Notes: generated by a model not told the origin, from the sequence alone. Counted from the first letter of the whole stretch, positions 47,373-61,584 are shown. The stretch is 62,900 nt of DNA, filler included, from Sphacelaria rigidula (GCA_964200075.2; 6 parts of 6 records of this genome joined end to end with filler, not necessarily neighbours in it); one strand, 5' to 3'. Numbers and translations: made by a program.

Positions 47373-50300
47373 ATGCGCGGTGACCAACCCGAGTGTTTTT
47401 ATACTGGATCTGATCACCCAGTTGTATTTCCGAGTGGTAGTAATCAATGCCAGTTGGATCCGATCGCCCCGCGAGATCGGCAGTCGTGCAGCGTAGCGCC
47501 TACCGCCTTAAAAACAGGTACATCTTCTGATACGGTCGCTGTTACCCCTACGACCGTTCATCGTAGGATGCAACGTTTACAGAGATTCCCAAGCTCCAAG
47601 AAGGACTCAGGGTCCAGCCGACCCCGGTAACACATGCGTGCGACATTCCACGTGTGTCCGGTCCCCTTTCATTTGGTGAGCGTAGTTCTTCGTGCACTAC
47701 GCGCGCCAGTGCTGAACCCTTACTTTCCGTAGCTCAGCGGAATGGGAAGGAACCCCAAGCGACAGTGCCGACCAAGCGCCACGCGTGTAGTCACGAACGG
47801 ACTGGCCTTGCCGACTTCCCAAAAGCCCCTGGAACAGCCGGCTCTTCCGAATGACACTGTAAATAAACCTGTAGTTGCCGCTACATCCGCCCACCAAGAA
47901 GGTGCCCGGGTGCCGGGCACAGCGGATGACGGCCTTGTCGTAGAACAGGTCGGTGTTTTCCAGATCCCGAATAGATCAGCCCTGCTTCCTGCCGACCCCT
48001 AGGAATCTATGTTGAAGAATAAAGTAGCGTTGACAACTGTTGGGGCAGTAAAACCGTTACGCCCTGCATGTATGTCTCATGGTGCCGGACAAACCCCGGC
48101 TGTGCCGTCCAAATCGCAGTCCGATCAGGACTGTTTCTCCCCTGTTTCTCCTAGCTCCAAACAAATATTGAAAACATCCACATCCACTTTATTTCCTAGG
48201 CGTCGTCCATCCCTGACTGGGTACGAAATCCAACTTTCGTCTACTGCACCACACGCCCTACAACACCCCCCATGCCACGACGGCCCTTCGGAAAACACAT
48301 TCGTTCCGGAGGATCAATCTCGAGTCTATTTTAGTACCATTGCCCAACAACACAAGAGCGATGTGGCTGCAGATCACTTGTCAAAATACGGACCAGACTT
48401 GGTAAGTGGAACTGCACTCATGGATGACGCCTCCTTCACAACCCGAATAGGTATACATAGTGGAGTGCATGCAACACGCCCTTTGATGGCCGTTACCCTC
48501 CCCGACACTGGCTCGCCACAAACTTTCATCACAGCCAGCTGTTGGCAACACATAATGAACGCTGGAGCAGCAGACAAACATTGTCTTTCTACTGTTCCGC
48601 CTCGTGTTTTTGGCGGGTTCGGTGCCTCCACTCCCCTTACGGTTGATCAATCAGCACGACTCAGTGTGCAATTCTTCGATGACACGGGTCCCACTGTATG
48701 ATTAGCTGTGTGGGCACTCATCGTGCCCGATGGTTCCATGTCGGTTCATGTTCGCTTGGGACGCGATAACTGGCTACGTTTTTCCACACGTACATACACG
48801 ACGAACTCACCTGTTTTAAACCAACCACTGACAGGCGGATGAAAATTGGGACATCACGACGCTGATCCAGGGGCTCAGGCCTTTGTCGATGACCCAACAC
48901 AAGCAGATGATGCTTTTCGACTGCATTATTTGGAGACCATGTTGTCTCTCTGTCCCGTGAACCTCAACACATCCCTGTGAATCTTGTGAGTCGGAACGGA
49001 TCCCCCGCTCTCACTGGACAGTACTTGGTCGACTTAACCAATCCCAACCAAACCCCAGACAGTATTCCCCTCTTTGATCAGACCGATGTATTTGTCCATG
49101 AGGGTCGGCAATCTATTTCCCTCACGTCCTCTGCATGTCTCGATGTCCTCCCTGGTCAGTTGTTGGGTTTTGCTCAAGCGCCCCTCCTACGGGCAGCCTT
49201 GTCGAATGTATGTCTGAAGGTGCCACCGCAAACATCATCAAACAGCTCAGAGACAAACGGTCCCACTTCGTTCGACAAGACTGACCCCATGGTTGTGGAC
49301 GAATCGACTGATACGCCTGACACAAACCCTCCGACTGCCTTTCTAGATACATTTTCACCAGAGCAACGTGTTAGTTTTCAACGATCATGAGACACATTAC
49401 GTTTGATTTATCTGGTGAGGGTTGGACACCCATGATGATTGATCTAGGCCGCTGCAACTATACCGTTCAAAATCAACATTCCTGATGGTACGACACCTAT
49501 CGCCATGCGTCCATACCGTACAAACCCTCTTCTAGCGGGTACAATTCAAGTAATTCTCGACCAATACTTGTCTGCCGGGTTAATACGGCACTCAACGTCT
49601 CCGTGGGCCTCGCCTTTGGTAGTCGTCCGGAAGAAGAATGGTAAGATCCGACTGACCGTCAATTATCAACGATTGAACGCAGTCACCAAAATCGCACGTC
49701 CACCTCTTCCCCCGGATAGATGAAATCATCGACTCTCTCGAAGGAGGCAAAGTTTTTTCGAACTTCGACATGCAGTCCGGTTACCACCAACTGGTGATGG
49801 ATCCGCACTCTATCGCGCCGACGGCGTTCTGCACCGCGTCAGGTCTATATGAGTGGCTGGTCACTCCACAAGGTGCCGCCGGCGCCCCAGGAGCGTTTCA
49901 ACGTGTGATGATTCGCGTCATTGATGGACTGTCCAAATGCCGCATGTACCTCGACGATGCGGTGGTTCACGGTAGTACACCTGCTGAACACGTCGAACAT
50001 TTGGCGTCCTTCTTTTTCTCGTTTTGAACGATACAATTTGAAGCTCGCCCCATGTAAATCCTGCATTGGAGCCACGCGCATCGAGTTCCTAGGCCATTCC
50101 TACTGAACCACAACTCGGCACTTTTGAAAATAAGCTGACGCCTTCGGCTCACGCTTATGTATTGGGCAGTTTGGCCCCACGATCGTTGTGTTCAGTTAGG
50201 AGTGAAATTCGTGCAACTACCGGCGGGTATGATCAATTTCGTGCGTCTGGTCATCGGATGGTTTGCACTGTAGAGCCGGTTTTCTACTGACTGCGTCCTC

Positions 50301-51312
50301 CCGGTTCAGGTCCGAGGCCTCATCTCGAGCCGGACCCGAGGACGCCGGTCCGCGGAAACGGCTGCCGCCCTGGCAGCAGCCGGCCCAGATCTCCCAATCC
50401 CCAACCCCATTCCAGTCCCCGATAGCCTCCTTGCGCCCCCGCTACCTCCACGGCGCAATGCCCCCAGAAAATCGATACCTTCCAAACCACCTCTGCCCAC
50501 CATAGTCGAGACCTCGACTGTGCCTCCTCCACCCCGTGATGGTACCACCTCCGGTACCACACTATCCGACACCCTCCACAACGTAGGAATAGAGGTGAAC
50601 GTTCCGTTTGAGAATACACTGATCACCCCGTCTGACCTTGATCCAAATAACGTCTCGTGTCCATCCCACAGCGATTCGATCCCCTGCGTTTTGGACAACC
50701 CCTCCGACAGTGTACTCAAGGAGCTGATCCTCTTTTTTCACGCCGACTGGGCCCGGGAACAGCAAGCTGAACCTGCTTGTAGAGCAGCTATACATTACCT
50801 GTCCAAAGGATGCCTCTCCCCCTTTCCAGAATCTGAGTTCCTTTTACCAGTAGGGCCCCACCGAGCCCCCGCACAGGATGAAGTTACTGAATTATCGCGT
50901 AACGGCATGCTTTACACGGATGATGATGGCGTTGTTCTTTTAGTTCACCGGCCCCCCTCAAAACCTCCTGGAGGGAAACCTACGAGTAGTCACGCCCGTT
51001 TGTTGGGTGATGCCCCCGTACGTATTTATGTTCCGATGCTTCTGCGTCCATGGGTTCTCCATGAATGCCACTCACAAGCATCCACACATCTGGGCGTCGC
51101 TAGGACCTCCCAGATGCTTCAGCGTCTTTTTTGGTGGATTCGTATGGACCAATGTGTGCGTTGGTGGGTTCGGCGGTGTCTTCTTTGCAAAGCACGCAAA
51201 AATTCGCGTCAAACAGTTAGATGACCGGTAATCTCTATGCCCGTCCCCAATGGGTCAGGTGAAATAGTTTCATGGGACTACTTTGGCCCCCTGCCCCTCA
51301 CTGATAGTGGTA
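47373..51312 (+). mobile_element. Degenerate Ty3/Gypsy internal region (gag remnant, protease, RT, integrase N-terminus); RNase H missing
   Basis: Protease PDTGSPQTF. RT: MRPYR, WASPLVVVRKKNGKIRLTVNY, GLYEWLV, YLDD. Integrase H2C2: HECHSQASTHLG...CLLCKARK, then DYFGPLP. Confidence 0.9.
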
Positions 51313-52401
51313 TGTGATGTAGAGAAGGGTATAGACAGGTTTCACACCTTCCTAGGTATGATCAATGTGCTGCAAGCTTGGGTAGGTGCGCAAACGCGCT
51401 AGGTGTCCGAGTAAAACAAGCTGCAAATGCACACGTGCAGATTCACGTGACTGTTGGTCACAGTAGCAACAAAGGGAGCTCAAAGGCTTGATATCTTTTT
51501 TACTCTCACTGGTTATTCCCTTGATCGCCCAGCACACTGTTCTCACCAATGGTGAACAGTAGGAGCAGATGGTCCGGCTCGAAGGGTAGCTCAAGAGTGA
51601 GCGAGGGGTGCATGAGGCACGATAGAGCAACCTATTTTTGTCGACCCGGGAAGGCGTTTCGCCTCCCCGGGACTAGGGCACACCAATCTGTACACTAATC
51701 TTCCCGAGCTAGAGTAGACCAGTCTGTACACCAATCTTCCCAGAGCTATGGGAGCATTCCCCGTGGACAGATCGGACGATCTGTAAGCCAACCTGCCCCA
51801 AAGTTGTCTGTGGGAACAAATAACGCCTCTCTATCTTCCTTCCTCATAACATATCAGATAAATCTGTCGTCTCCCCGTGCTCCAGGGAAGATCTGCACAA
51901 AACATTGTCATCATCCGCTTAATGAATCGCTCCGGGTTTCACACAGATTTCAGTATGGACGCTATCTCCGCTAGGTATTATAGGAATTACTAGGCATGGG
52001 GTTTAACCCTTTTGGGACAGAAGCTCACTAACACCACGTTCACGACGTGTTAGTAAAATAATAATAGTAAAGTCTGGGAGCGACCTGTCCAATCAGGGCG
52101 AGGCGAAATTTATCGAGCACATCGGAACGACCAGTCGGGGGGGGGCTATTGCGTGAAGTGATGTCACTGCGAAGTTGGTGTACCCTGTCCCTGGCCCACA
52201 GAAAAACCTTCGAAGCAAAAGAAAGCCTACATTATCGGGGCTCGGATTCCCGAATTTTTCATTATTTTCTTGCATTTTATCTATGCCCGGCCTCCCATCC
52301 CCCGAATTTTTGTTAGGTCACCATCCCATACGAGCTGGGCCAGCCTAGAGGCTGCATGAACGTTTGCAGGCGGATGCGCCGGCCAATATTTGGAGTTAGA
52401 C
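51313..52401. mobile_element. Unresolved insertion that truncates the integrase (TG start, possibly an LTR)
   Basis: The integrase frame (GPLPLTDSG) stops abruptly at TGTGATG and never resumes before the contig end. Confidence 0.4.
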
Positions 52402-52501
52402 NNNNNNNNNNNNNNNNNNNNNNNNNNNNNNNNNNNNNNNNNNNNTTAATTAATTAANNNNNNNNNNNNNNNNNNNNNNNNNNNNNNNNNNNNNNNNNNN
52501 N
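52402..52501. other. Artificial contig spacer
   Basis: N44-TTAATTAATTAA-N44. Confidence 0.99.
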
Positions 52502-52835
52502 CCAAACACGTGGAATGGCGCAAAAGTTGTGTGAATACCCTTTGGACCAGCGGTCAACTTTTTTCTCCCTTTTGGGCAATCAGGCCGAAGAAATCGTGAC
52601 TTTGATGATTTCGAGTCGTGATGATTTGTCCTAACCGTGAACATTTCCATAGAGTCGTATAGTTCAAAAATATATGCATGCAAAGAGTACCTTTGATATA
52701 TATATATATATATATATATAAATGGGTGTGACGCTGCGGACAAGAAGTGACATGGCTGTCTTGCTTCCCGTTCTTGTTATATTACATTCAGATGTATACC
52801 TGTTTCTCCGTGTTTTATTGTCGGGGCTGCTACAG

Positions 52836-55800
52836 GAACAGCGGCACGTATCGATGGCCTTCGGAGTATCAAAGCATGATGCGGCACCAGGAGAGGCACG
52901 ACCTTTGGAACACCAGGTGGGTACAGTGATTTACCGTCAGCACGTGTTCACGTTTTCGTTCAACTGTTGATGAGAGAGAAGCATCTTGTATGTACATGGC
53001 GTTTGGGATCGCCCTTTTCTTCTTGATTTATTTCTCGAAAGGGATGAAGCGCACATTCCAATCTTCAAAGCACCCAGTTTGACTTTTGGCCGGACAAACG
53101 ATTTTTCACGCAATCCGGATAAAGAATTGTTCATCTGAGGATTATCTGGTACAACCACAAGAGGTTACGTTTTCGTTTGTTCGCTGGAGAAATCGTGTGG
53201 CTGGCTAGAAGTCGAGCTCGGTGCACGAAGTAATGGAAAATTGCTATATGTAGTCTTTCCGAGGCGGCACGATCCGCTGAGCCCGTTGTATTTTGGGGGA
53301 AATAGGCCCTGCATTGCCAACTTCTTTTTTCGCATTTTTTATTTCACTTGCGTAAGAAGCGCTTTTAACTATAGCCTCGCTTTGTTTTGGCAAACAAAAT
53401 GTGCATGTACCTTTCTTTGTGCCAAAATGATGATCCCGAATGTCGGAAACTGCATCCGCGTGTTTGCCGTTGTACGTTAGGCGCCACTCTTCGAGGTTGT
53501 ACCCAAACTACCGAAAATTTAGGTGGAGTATTTTAGATGGTACCCAATATACTCATATTTCTGGGTAGGGTAATCAGGCCATACTCAAATGATACTGTAT
53601 ACCCAGTTATTGCTGACAGTGCTCACCCAATATCTGGAAAGAGTATTTGAGTTCGTGCCCAATCTACCAAAAGTTTGGGTAGAGTATTGAGGTCACACCC
53701 ATGTGATGCTTTTTACTCGGGCGTTGCTGAGGGTACTTCCCCAATATTTAGGTGAAGTATTTGGGACCATACTTCCTCTTCCCCAAAAAAAATGTGTTGA
53801 GGTCATACCCAAGTGAAAATCATTGGTCCGGTATTGCTAAGGTTTTTACCCAATACTGGGGTGAAGTATTTGAGATGTCGTACTCAATCTACCGAAAATT
53901 TGGGTAGAGTATACGAGGCCGTACCCAATCAATCCACACCTTGCGAAAATGAATACTGGGGTATGTTACCGCAGTATTCAAAAGTACATGCCCTACCTGA
54001 CCTGCCCTTGGCTTTTTCGACCAGAAACATGTGGAGGAAAGGTACGAAGGGGCACTTGACTCCTATCTTGCAGACCACACGCCAGATACCACCCGTTCAC
54101 AGAATCATGCAAGCCCCAAAGAACTCATCATCAGCCACCATCGCAACCCTGCATCATGGAGCATGAATTTGGTACAAGGATATATACCTTGCAGTAGTGA
54201 GGCATGATATGTTCGTTTTTGTTGGCGAAATCTGGAACATCTTAATCACGGTGTGGGTTGGCGACGGAACTTCGTGGTGGGGCGGACGAATGACTCGCGT
54301 ACACTCATGGACAGTGCAGGCAGTACAAAGCCGCACGTTGATGAAGTCCTGTTGACGTCGCACTGTAAGCACAGACAGTCGTGCGCTGTCTGTACTGCAA
54401 GTTGCCCCCCCCTTCTCTTTCAAATACCACAGTACGAAGCACGCACACACACTCGGGCACACTGCATCCATACAGGGCAGAGAGGACATCACAGTACATG
54501 ATACGGTGCGGTGATGCATGATGGCACAGTCGGTATTACAAGATCAGGGAACAGTGTGGGGGGAAGAGTTCAGTAGTGCAGTGCTATCCATCAACCTGCA
54601 AGTACAGCGACAACAGACTAGGATAGTACAGTACCGTTCGTCATGGTGATACATACGGCAACGCAGTGTGTGTGTGTTGTCCCATTTATTCTGGGCACCA
54701 GTCTACGCCTGTCGGTATTTGTGGGCGCATCAGCCGGGGTCACACAGGAGAAAGGTGAAAACAAGAGCTTTTTCTTTTTTATTTGTTTTTAATACCCCAT
54801 CTTCCTTCTGCGGTGCTTGCCTTCATTTTTTTGTCGCGAGGGGAGTTCAGCAGCCCCTTTCCCTCGTCAACCGTTCAGTCGAATTTTGTGTGCTCACGAC
54901 ATAGTTGCTCTCCACTGTTGAGCATGGTGTGAAAAAAGATTCCAGATCACTCCGGGAATCGAACCCTCTACTCAACCATCAGAAGGTTACGAGGTTACCA
55001 ACTGAGCCACCGGGGCGAACGATCAGCGGTGCAGCGTAAAATATTACCATTGCCGCTGGGTACGACGTCAACACTAATTATCTGCTCATCAAAACCCCGT
55101 TCGAAGCTGCTACAGCAGCTGGCGCGGGCAGGTACTATCCGAGCTGTCACGAGACTGCTGCGTGGTTGCCAACATATCAAACGCCGGTTGCCTCATCACC
55201 AAACGTCACTGCACGTACGTCAGTTCCTATAGATCGGGGAACCTCAAATTTACCCCGTTTTTCCCGAAAAAATCGGGGGAAACCGTTCCCAGATCGTGAT
55301 ATTCGGACTTGACGGTCGTCCATCTGCCCCATAATCGATTTGTGGAAATGCGTCTCCCCGATTTGAGGTCCTCCGATCTGCGTTCAGTTCGAGATTGGTG
55401 ACCGCCATAAAAGCTAGTCTAGTCTAAGACCAACTTTTATGTCAACGAATCTCGGTTTGTTTTAGATCGGGGGGATTCTAATTAGCGAACTCGAAATGGG
55501 GGGGATCATTTTATGATACATAAAGACGATATCACAGATTTGTGAAACAGTTTTGCACACAGTCATGTTAGCATGAGCGTGGTACTGCGTGCTCGTGCAT
55601 GCAGCTGAAGAGCAGGCGGGCGGTGAATAATCCTTCGACTACAATGTTGTAACTTGATACCCTAGGAGAATACAGTGCATGCAGGACACTCCATCACTAC
55701 ATGATGCCGTGTGCTAGTACTTGATGGCACAGTCGGTATTGCAAGAGCAGTGCACTAACCGTGCGCGAGAAAAGTTCAGTAGTGTAGTGCCATGCATCAC

Positions 55801-58800
55801 CCTGCAAGTATAGCGATGACAGAGTAGGAGAGTACAGTACAGTTCGTTGTAGTGATACATATGGCAGTACAGTGTCGCATAAAATATCACCATCGCCGCA
55901 GGGTACGGCGTCAGCACTTCTTATCCGCTTGTCAAATCCTGTGCGCGCCCTGTGCTGTCACGAATCCGTCTTCTGCTGCAGTTGCAAAAATATCAAACGC
56001 CTCGTGGCCCACCATTGTTCGTCAATGCATGTACTTCACCTCACAAAAGTCGGGGGGAGTCACGATCTCGGAACGATTTCCACCGATTTTTTCGAAAAAT
56101 CGGGGGAAATCAAGATAGTGACAACCCAATTTTTACCCCTCCGATTTGGTCCAAATCGGTGTTGACATAATTCGTTCCCCGATTTTTCTCCTCACAAAGT
56201 TAGAAAAACCTTAGAGTGATGACAACCATGAAATACGGTCCTAGGATACCCGTAGGCAAAGTGTGCGTTGGCAGACGAACAGGCGTTCAGCGCACGCTAG
56301 GAAGCACTTGAGACTGTCAGCTCCACTGAAGATCCGGATCTCGGCCTTCATACTTTTTACTGTCCAAAGGACAAGGTGTGCATTAACCCGATGCGTGACG
56401 CGAAGAGAGGAACAGTCACAGAAATGGGAATACATGGAAGCAACTTCACACCGCGGAGCAAGTTTGAGCATGTGCCCCCAGCCAAAAACGGCAGCGCACC
56501 TGGAAGCCACCAGAAAAATGAAGACGGGTATTTTGATGAAACAATGCATCTTGATGCGATGCGAGCGGTAATGATGTACGAAGCGCAGCGCCGAAGCCTA
56601 CTACGTGTCGAGAATCTTGCAAAAATTATCGTTGTCCAACTGAGATCCGGAAATCAAAAAGAGACCAGAGGCTGAAAACATGGGTGGCAGCCAAACAAAC
56701 AACCCGCAAGTTACGTCTAATTTCCAGCAGAACAGAGACAACCGAGCGGCATACACACGCACAACGCCGCATCGCACCGCCGTGCAGCCGGTACTGAACA
56801 CAACACGTGAAGCAGATGTACTCTAAACACGAGTAGAAGCAAAACGCTCCAAAGTCGAGCAAAGACGGAATGGTGGCCTCTAAGAGCTCGAGAGATGCAA
56901 TGGTGACCTGTCAGCAGCCCAGGGAATTAGCTGTCTTGTCAAATTCTGAGGATGTCAATGACAACTGATACATGTGACGGGGGCACATTTTCGAATTTTC
57001 GCAGGCCAGCTTTCGGCAAGCGAGTGTTGGTGAAGTTCGATGGCACATTTTACCCGGGAACAATCAACTCGGACGGGGAAAGCGCGCGCGACCGGAAGCA
57101 CTCGCGGGGGAGGTGGAGCGTACTCTTCGATGACTGCACTCGAGACCGATTCAAAGATAATGCTAACGACGGTGAGTACTTGTTTGTGAAGAGGGGAGTG
57201 GTTGTAACATGTGTGGTGTAACGGGTGCAGCTGTGTAAGCTTTACCAAAATGAGGTACACGTTCGACGGAAATGGGATGCAAGCGCGACGGCAGGGCACA
57301 CACACGTTGAAACGGGGCACAGATGAATGTCAGAGCGGGGCATACTTCTGACAGAAAGAGGGTACAGAGGTATATGTGGGCAGGTGGCCGGTACAAGAAG
57401 TCCTCGATGATTTAAACGCTTGTCACTTGACCCGCGCATGAGTATATTCTTACGCCACATGTTACCCTATTTCCGGAATCGCTCTAAAGGTTCTCGTGTT
57501 GAATCTTGACCTTGCTCGTAAGGATGCCCTGAAATATTTTTGCTGTGAAAGCATTGTTGCGCACCCTGGACAGGAGATTCCATTGTCGAAGAATGTACTG
57601 CGTACAGCATGGAATATATTGTCTGTTGCAATAGGCGCAATAGTCGATAATGTACGCAGTTCACTTTTTGACTGTATTCCATTGTCCAGGGTATGCATTG
57701 TTGGTGTTTTTTTTCTTACCGATGGTGAAAATCTTGGTGACCAATAGAGACCCAAGAGATAACTTTTCCCTGTCATGGACTATTTACGGATGAACCGCCG
57801 TTTTTGATCTTCCGCGCATTAGTATCATTCACCTTTGTGAAGTTCATTACATAAATAGGCAAGCCGACACGAGCCCGCCTCCTGCGACCTCCCCCCTCAA
57901 AACGCACCCGTTCACGCACGTATACAGTGATGGTTTCGAATCAGCCAAGGCCGATGGAGGTGACCACCGAAGTCCACGACTACTACCTCACGCAAGAGAA
58001 CGGCGCGCGGCTGATGGAGGGCATTCACGTCATCCGACCAACACCGACAGCCAAACCCGGGCCGAAATCAACTCCTGGCGCAGGGAAGGCCAGCAGCGGC
58101 AACAGCAACAAAAAGAAGAAGCCAGGGGTCGCGAAGAAGAACGGAGAACGCGCTGGCCCGTCATTATCATCGTCCACCGAAATCAAAAGCGGGCGCGGGA
58201 AGGGACGGGGGCGGCCGCCGTTGGCCAGTACGGATAAGGCGCGTTCCAAGTCGGCGTCTGCCGTGGCCCCAGCACAGAGTGGAGATTCCTCCGGTGCGGG
58301 GGCTGGAGGGGACGGTCGAAAAAAAAAGCGTAAAAGCGTAGAGGAGCAACCACCGGCAGTGGTGACGGCTGCGGGCAGCGAGGGAGCGTCCAAAGAGGAC
58401 AGGCGACGACCATCGTCAGAGGTGGAATCGAGAGCAGCAGTAAGGTCGAAAAAGTCCTCAGTTGGAAAGTTGAAGAAGGTGCGCAATCATGCCGTGGATG
58501 TCGAAGGACCGAGGGATGATGAAGACGGTGTCAGCGTGGGCAGTTCTGGAGGATCGTTACGTGCTTTAGAGGGGTCCGGCTCCGAGGGGACAGCTGGTGT
58601 CTTGGAAGGAGCGGGGCGGGTCAGGAGGAGGAGGGGCGGCCTCATCACGGCGGCATCGGCGGATCGTGCACGATTATTTCTATCTACTAACCGTATCGGG
58701 CTTGTGGGCAAAGTTAGACGCAAGCAAAAACGTAAGCGTAAGCTCGCCGTACATGATAACAGCGACGCGAACGACACGCGGTCGCTCGCCGATGGCGAAG

Positions 58801-60098
58801 AAGCGCGAGCGAGCGGCGATACTGTGATGGGCATGGAGCTTGAGGACCAGCGTGCGGGTGACGGCGTGAATAGTGGTGAAGCTGCTGCACCAGCGCGGGT
58901 AGTTGCGAGCTCGAAAAAAAAAAAGCGCAAGGCAAAGGAGGCTTTAAAGCGCGAGGAGGAGCAAGCTATGGCGGGCGACAGTGACAACTCGGTGAGCACG
59001 GATATTGAGCAGCCGTGGCAAGAGATGCTGGACACGAACAGCGGCAGCGACTCGCCAACTGTGCCTGAAACTGGCAATGGTCGCAGCTCGGGTAGTGCAC
59101 GTCGAAACAGTAACTCCGGCAATGGCGATGCCCATATTGGCAACGGCAGCGGCGACGACGATGCCGGCGGTAGAGGCAGTGGCGACGGTGGCGGCGCGGG
59201 CAGCAGAGGGAACGTTGTGGCGATAGAGGCCGCTCGGCTGTCACCCCCTCGTGACGACGACGATGACGATGAGGACGGCAATGGCCAAAAAAAAACTTCG
59301 AACAGCAGCCACGTTCTTGATGCGGTAGTGCCGGAAGACCATGGTAACGACGGTGGTCTGAAGTACGAGGAAGATGATGCGAGTGTGCCATCGCCTAGCT
59401 CACCTCCGATCAAGGGATCCACGGCGACGGCGCCGGTAGACCTGACGGCTGTGGCTATCGTCACAGCGGACAGCAACACTACCGGACCGGGGCAGCGCGG
59501 CGATGGCGCCGGTGATGGTGGTTTTGATGGTGTTGGCCAGGACCTCGATGGCCGGGACGGTGATGGAAGCAACGAACAAGACTGGGTGCCATCGATCGCG
59601 CCCGCATCAGAAGACTTGTCTGTGGATGATTCGTCTGGGGAAGAGGACAGTCCCCCTCGCCGTCTCACCATCTCTTCCGCCGAGGATGAGGATGATGACG
59701 AAACGCAAGCCAACGATCCAAGTAGTGGTAGCGGACGTCATAGACGGCAAGGGGAAGCAGAGATGGTGACGGCGGCGGCACGTGGTGGAGCGAGAGGGAT
59801 GGAGGAAGAGGATGTGACAATGGTCGGAGTGGTGAGTGCTGGGGAAGACAGCGAGCGGGGCGGGAAGGCGGATGTTGGGGTAGCTGTAGGGGTGAAGGGT
59901 GGCGATATACCTGGCTCGGTGGATTACCACACCAAACTCACGAGTGATGGAGATGGTCATGTGGGTGAAGCGGGCGCCGCGGCGGCCGCTCCGGTGAAAG
60001 CTAATGTGGTTCCCGTTCTCTCATCTTCTAGCGCGAATGATCCCCATGCGTTGGAGGTAGCGCGTGTCTTGATTTCGGGTCTGGGTATGGTGGGGTGA
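52836..60098 (+). CDS. Putative chromatin protein: Tudor-like domain, AT-hook, and a long acidic/basic low-complexity tail; exons 52836-52916 (tentative), 57005-57171 and 57928-60098; 5' end off the contig
   Basis: GKRVLVKFDGTFYPGTI...WSVLFDD is Tudor-like. KGRGRPP is an AT-hook. Several NLS-like KKKRK motifs. The GT-AG junctions are phase-compatible (2, then 1). Confidence 0.72.
53495..54005. repeat. Degenerate tandem array of TACCCAA..GGGTAGAGTATTTGAGGT motifs (intronic)
   Basis: More than 10 related units of about 35-45 bp. Confidence 0.75.
54666..55020 (-). mobile_element. tRNA-derived SINE with an (AC)n tail
   Basis: Minus-strand 5' head has A box TGGCTCAGTTGG and B box GGTTCGATTCC; 3' end ATAAATGGGACAACACACAC. 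The empty site is visible in the duplicate block at about 55720-55940. Confidence 0.88.
55230..55380. mobile_element. MITE-like element; related fragments at about 55460 and 56050-56190
   Basis: TIRs AGATCGGGGAACCTCAAAT / ATTTGAGGTCCTCCGATCT. TSD not resolved. Confidence 0.55.
57560..57695. mobile_element. Short MITE with 8-bp TSD CATTGTTG (same family as 40030)
   Basis: TIRs CACCCTGGACA / TGTCCAGGGT. Shared internal CGCAATAGTCGATA.TGTACGCAGT.CACTTTTTG. Confidence 0.85.
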
Positions 60099-61584
60099 CC
60101 CTCCTTAAATTGCCATGTTGTGAATCACGGGCGGGCTGGTTGTGGTGACCCGACCTCTGTGCTGTTGTCTTTCATGTTACATGTGTACCTATGTCCTCGT
60201 GTGCGTTTTTTTACTGGGGCTGTTTCGTCGGACACACGCGAATATTTCGTGTTCGTTGCAGCTGCGTGTGCTTTAGTTCTTTCGTTGATTTTACTCATTG
60301 TTGGACGTACATATGAACCTTACGTGCTTTCCGATTTGTGTTACAGTGTCGTGTGTCTCTATCGTAGCCCTGTCTTTCGCTCGTGTAAATTCCCGTTGGA
60401 TACATGCGTCGACCGCGCCTGGTTTTGAGTGTGCATATATAAGCGCTGCTACCGATCGGACAAGACGGTAGCTACGATCGTTGTTGGACACACGAGACGA
60501 GTGTCGTTCGAAGTCGGTACTTCTGTGGCAGCGACGGGGCTCACGCTGCGTTAGACCCCTTTTATTGTTTCGCGGACTCGTGCTTTTGCTGTTCGAACGG
60601 TGTGCGAAGGCGGTGTGCCGTGGCGAGCGTCGCGGTGGACTTGAAAGTTCAAGTGTCTGCAGCAACAGCCGGAACAGCCACACAACCTGTAACGGGCGGT
60701 TGGAGGGCTCATATTAGGACTGCAAGCATTGGAATTGATGTGCTGCAGGCGGCGCCGGTTGACCACTGTATACGTGACACTGTGAAAGTGTGCGGCGTGG
60801 CCTGCGTGCGTCGAAGAGAAAATATAGAAGTGACTGGGTTTCCATGCACTCGAGCATGTATCCTCTTGTCTTGATTTTCTGCAGCAATATGTACTAGTAG
60901 ATCTACCTAGAACTTCTCATTTATCAACTGATGGAATGAAAATCACTCACACGGAAAATAATTATTCTGGGCGAGGCAGGGAGTGATGAGAAAGAGGAGT
61001 AAAGAGGTGGAGTGGGCATCGATTTGTGTCACCAGGTCAACCATATCTGCGTACAGCGCACATTCACATCAGTGACGACGAGACATGAGGAACACTGCGG
61101 CGAACAATGAAATACGGGCCATGTTTTCTGCACACCCGTTCGACGTTCACCAGTGCTGGGAAAAGATAAAATATGTCCGTTCTGCGCCTCGTGTGCGGTG
61201 ATGGTGGTACAGCCGCCGTGCTCCGGTGGTCAACTGGAATCCAACGGGTAGTCCCGGGCAAATCACCGTGTGTTCGAATCTCATTTTCATATCTTGAATA
61301 TGGTCTCCGTCGTTGCGAAAGTATGAGGACGTGCGGAACATACATACATCCACTCCATTTGTCGGGCTGCTGAGGAACTGCTGATTCTTATCCTCGGTGG
61401 CTGATTGCCAGGTAGACACGGGGCGAGCAGCGACGAATGAGTTGATCCCTTAAGATTTCAATACCACGAATCCGTCGGGAAAAATATAGGGAGTTTAGAA
61501 AACTGTAGAATAAGAGGCGGACCGGCACCAAGGCGGCCACCTGGTCAGTGTGGAGCAGCCCTGCATCATAGGTGTAAGCCAACC

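Noticed and set aside
54945-55020. tRNA gene on the minus strand
   Set aside because: A and B boxes are present but there is no proper acceptor stem, and it continues into a SINE body with an (AC)n tail.
58487-59713. 408-aa antisense ORF, and similar overlapping ORFs at 58025 and 4988
   Set aside because: These are shadows of GC-rich, low-complexity or repetitive sense frames.
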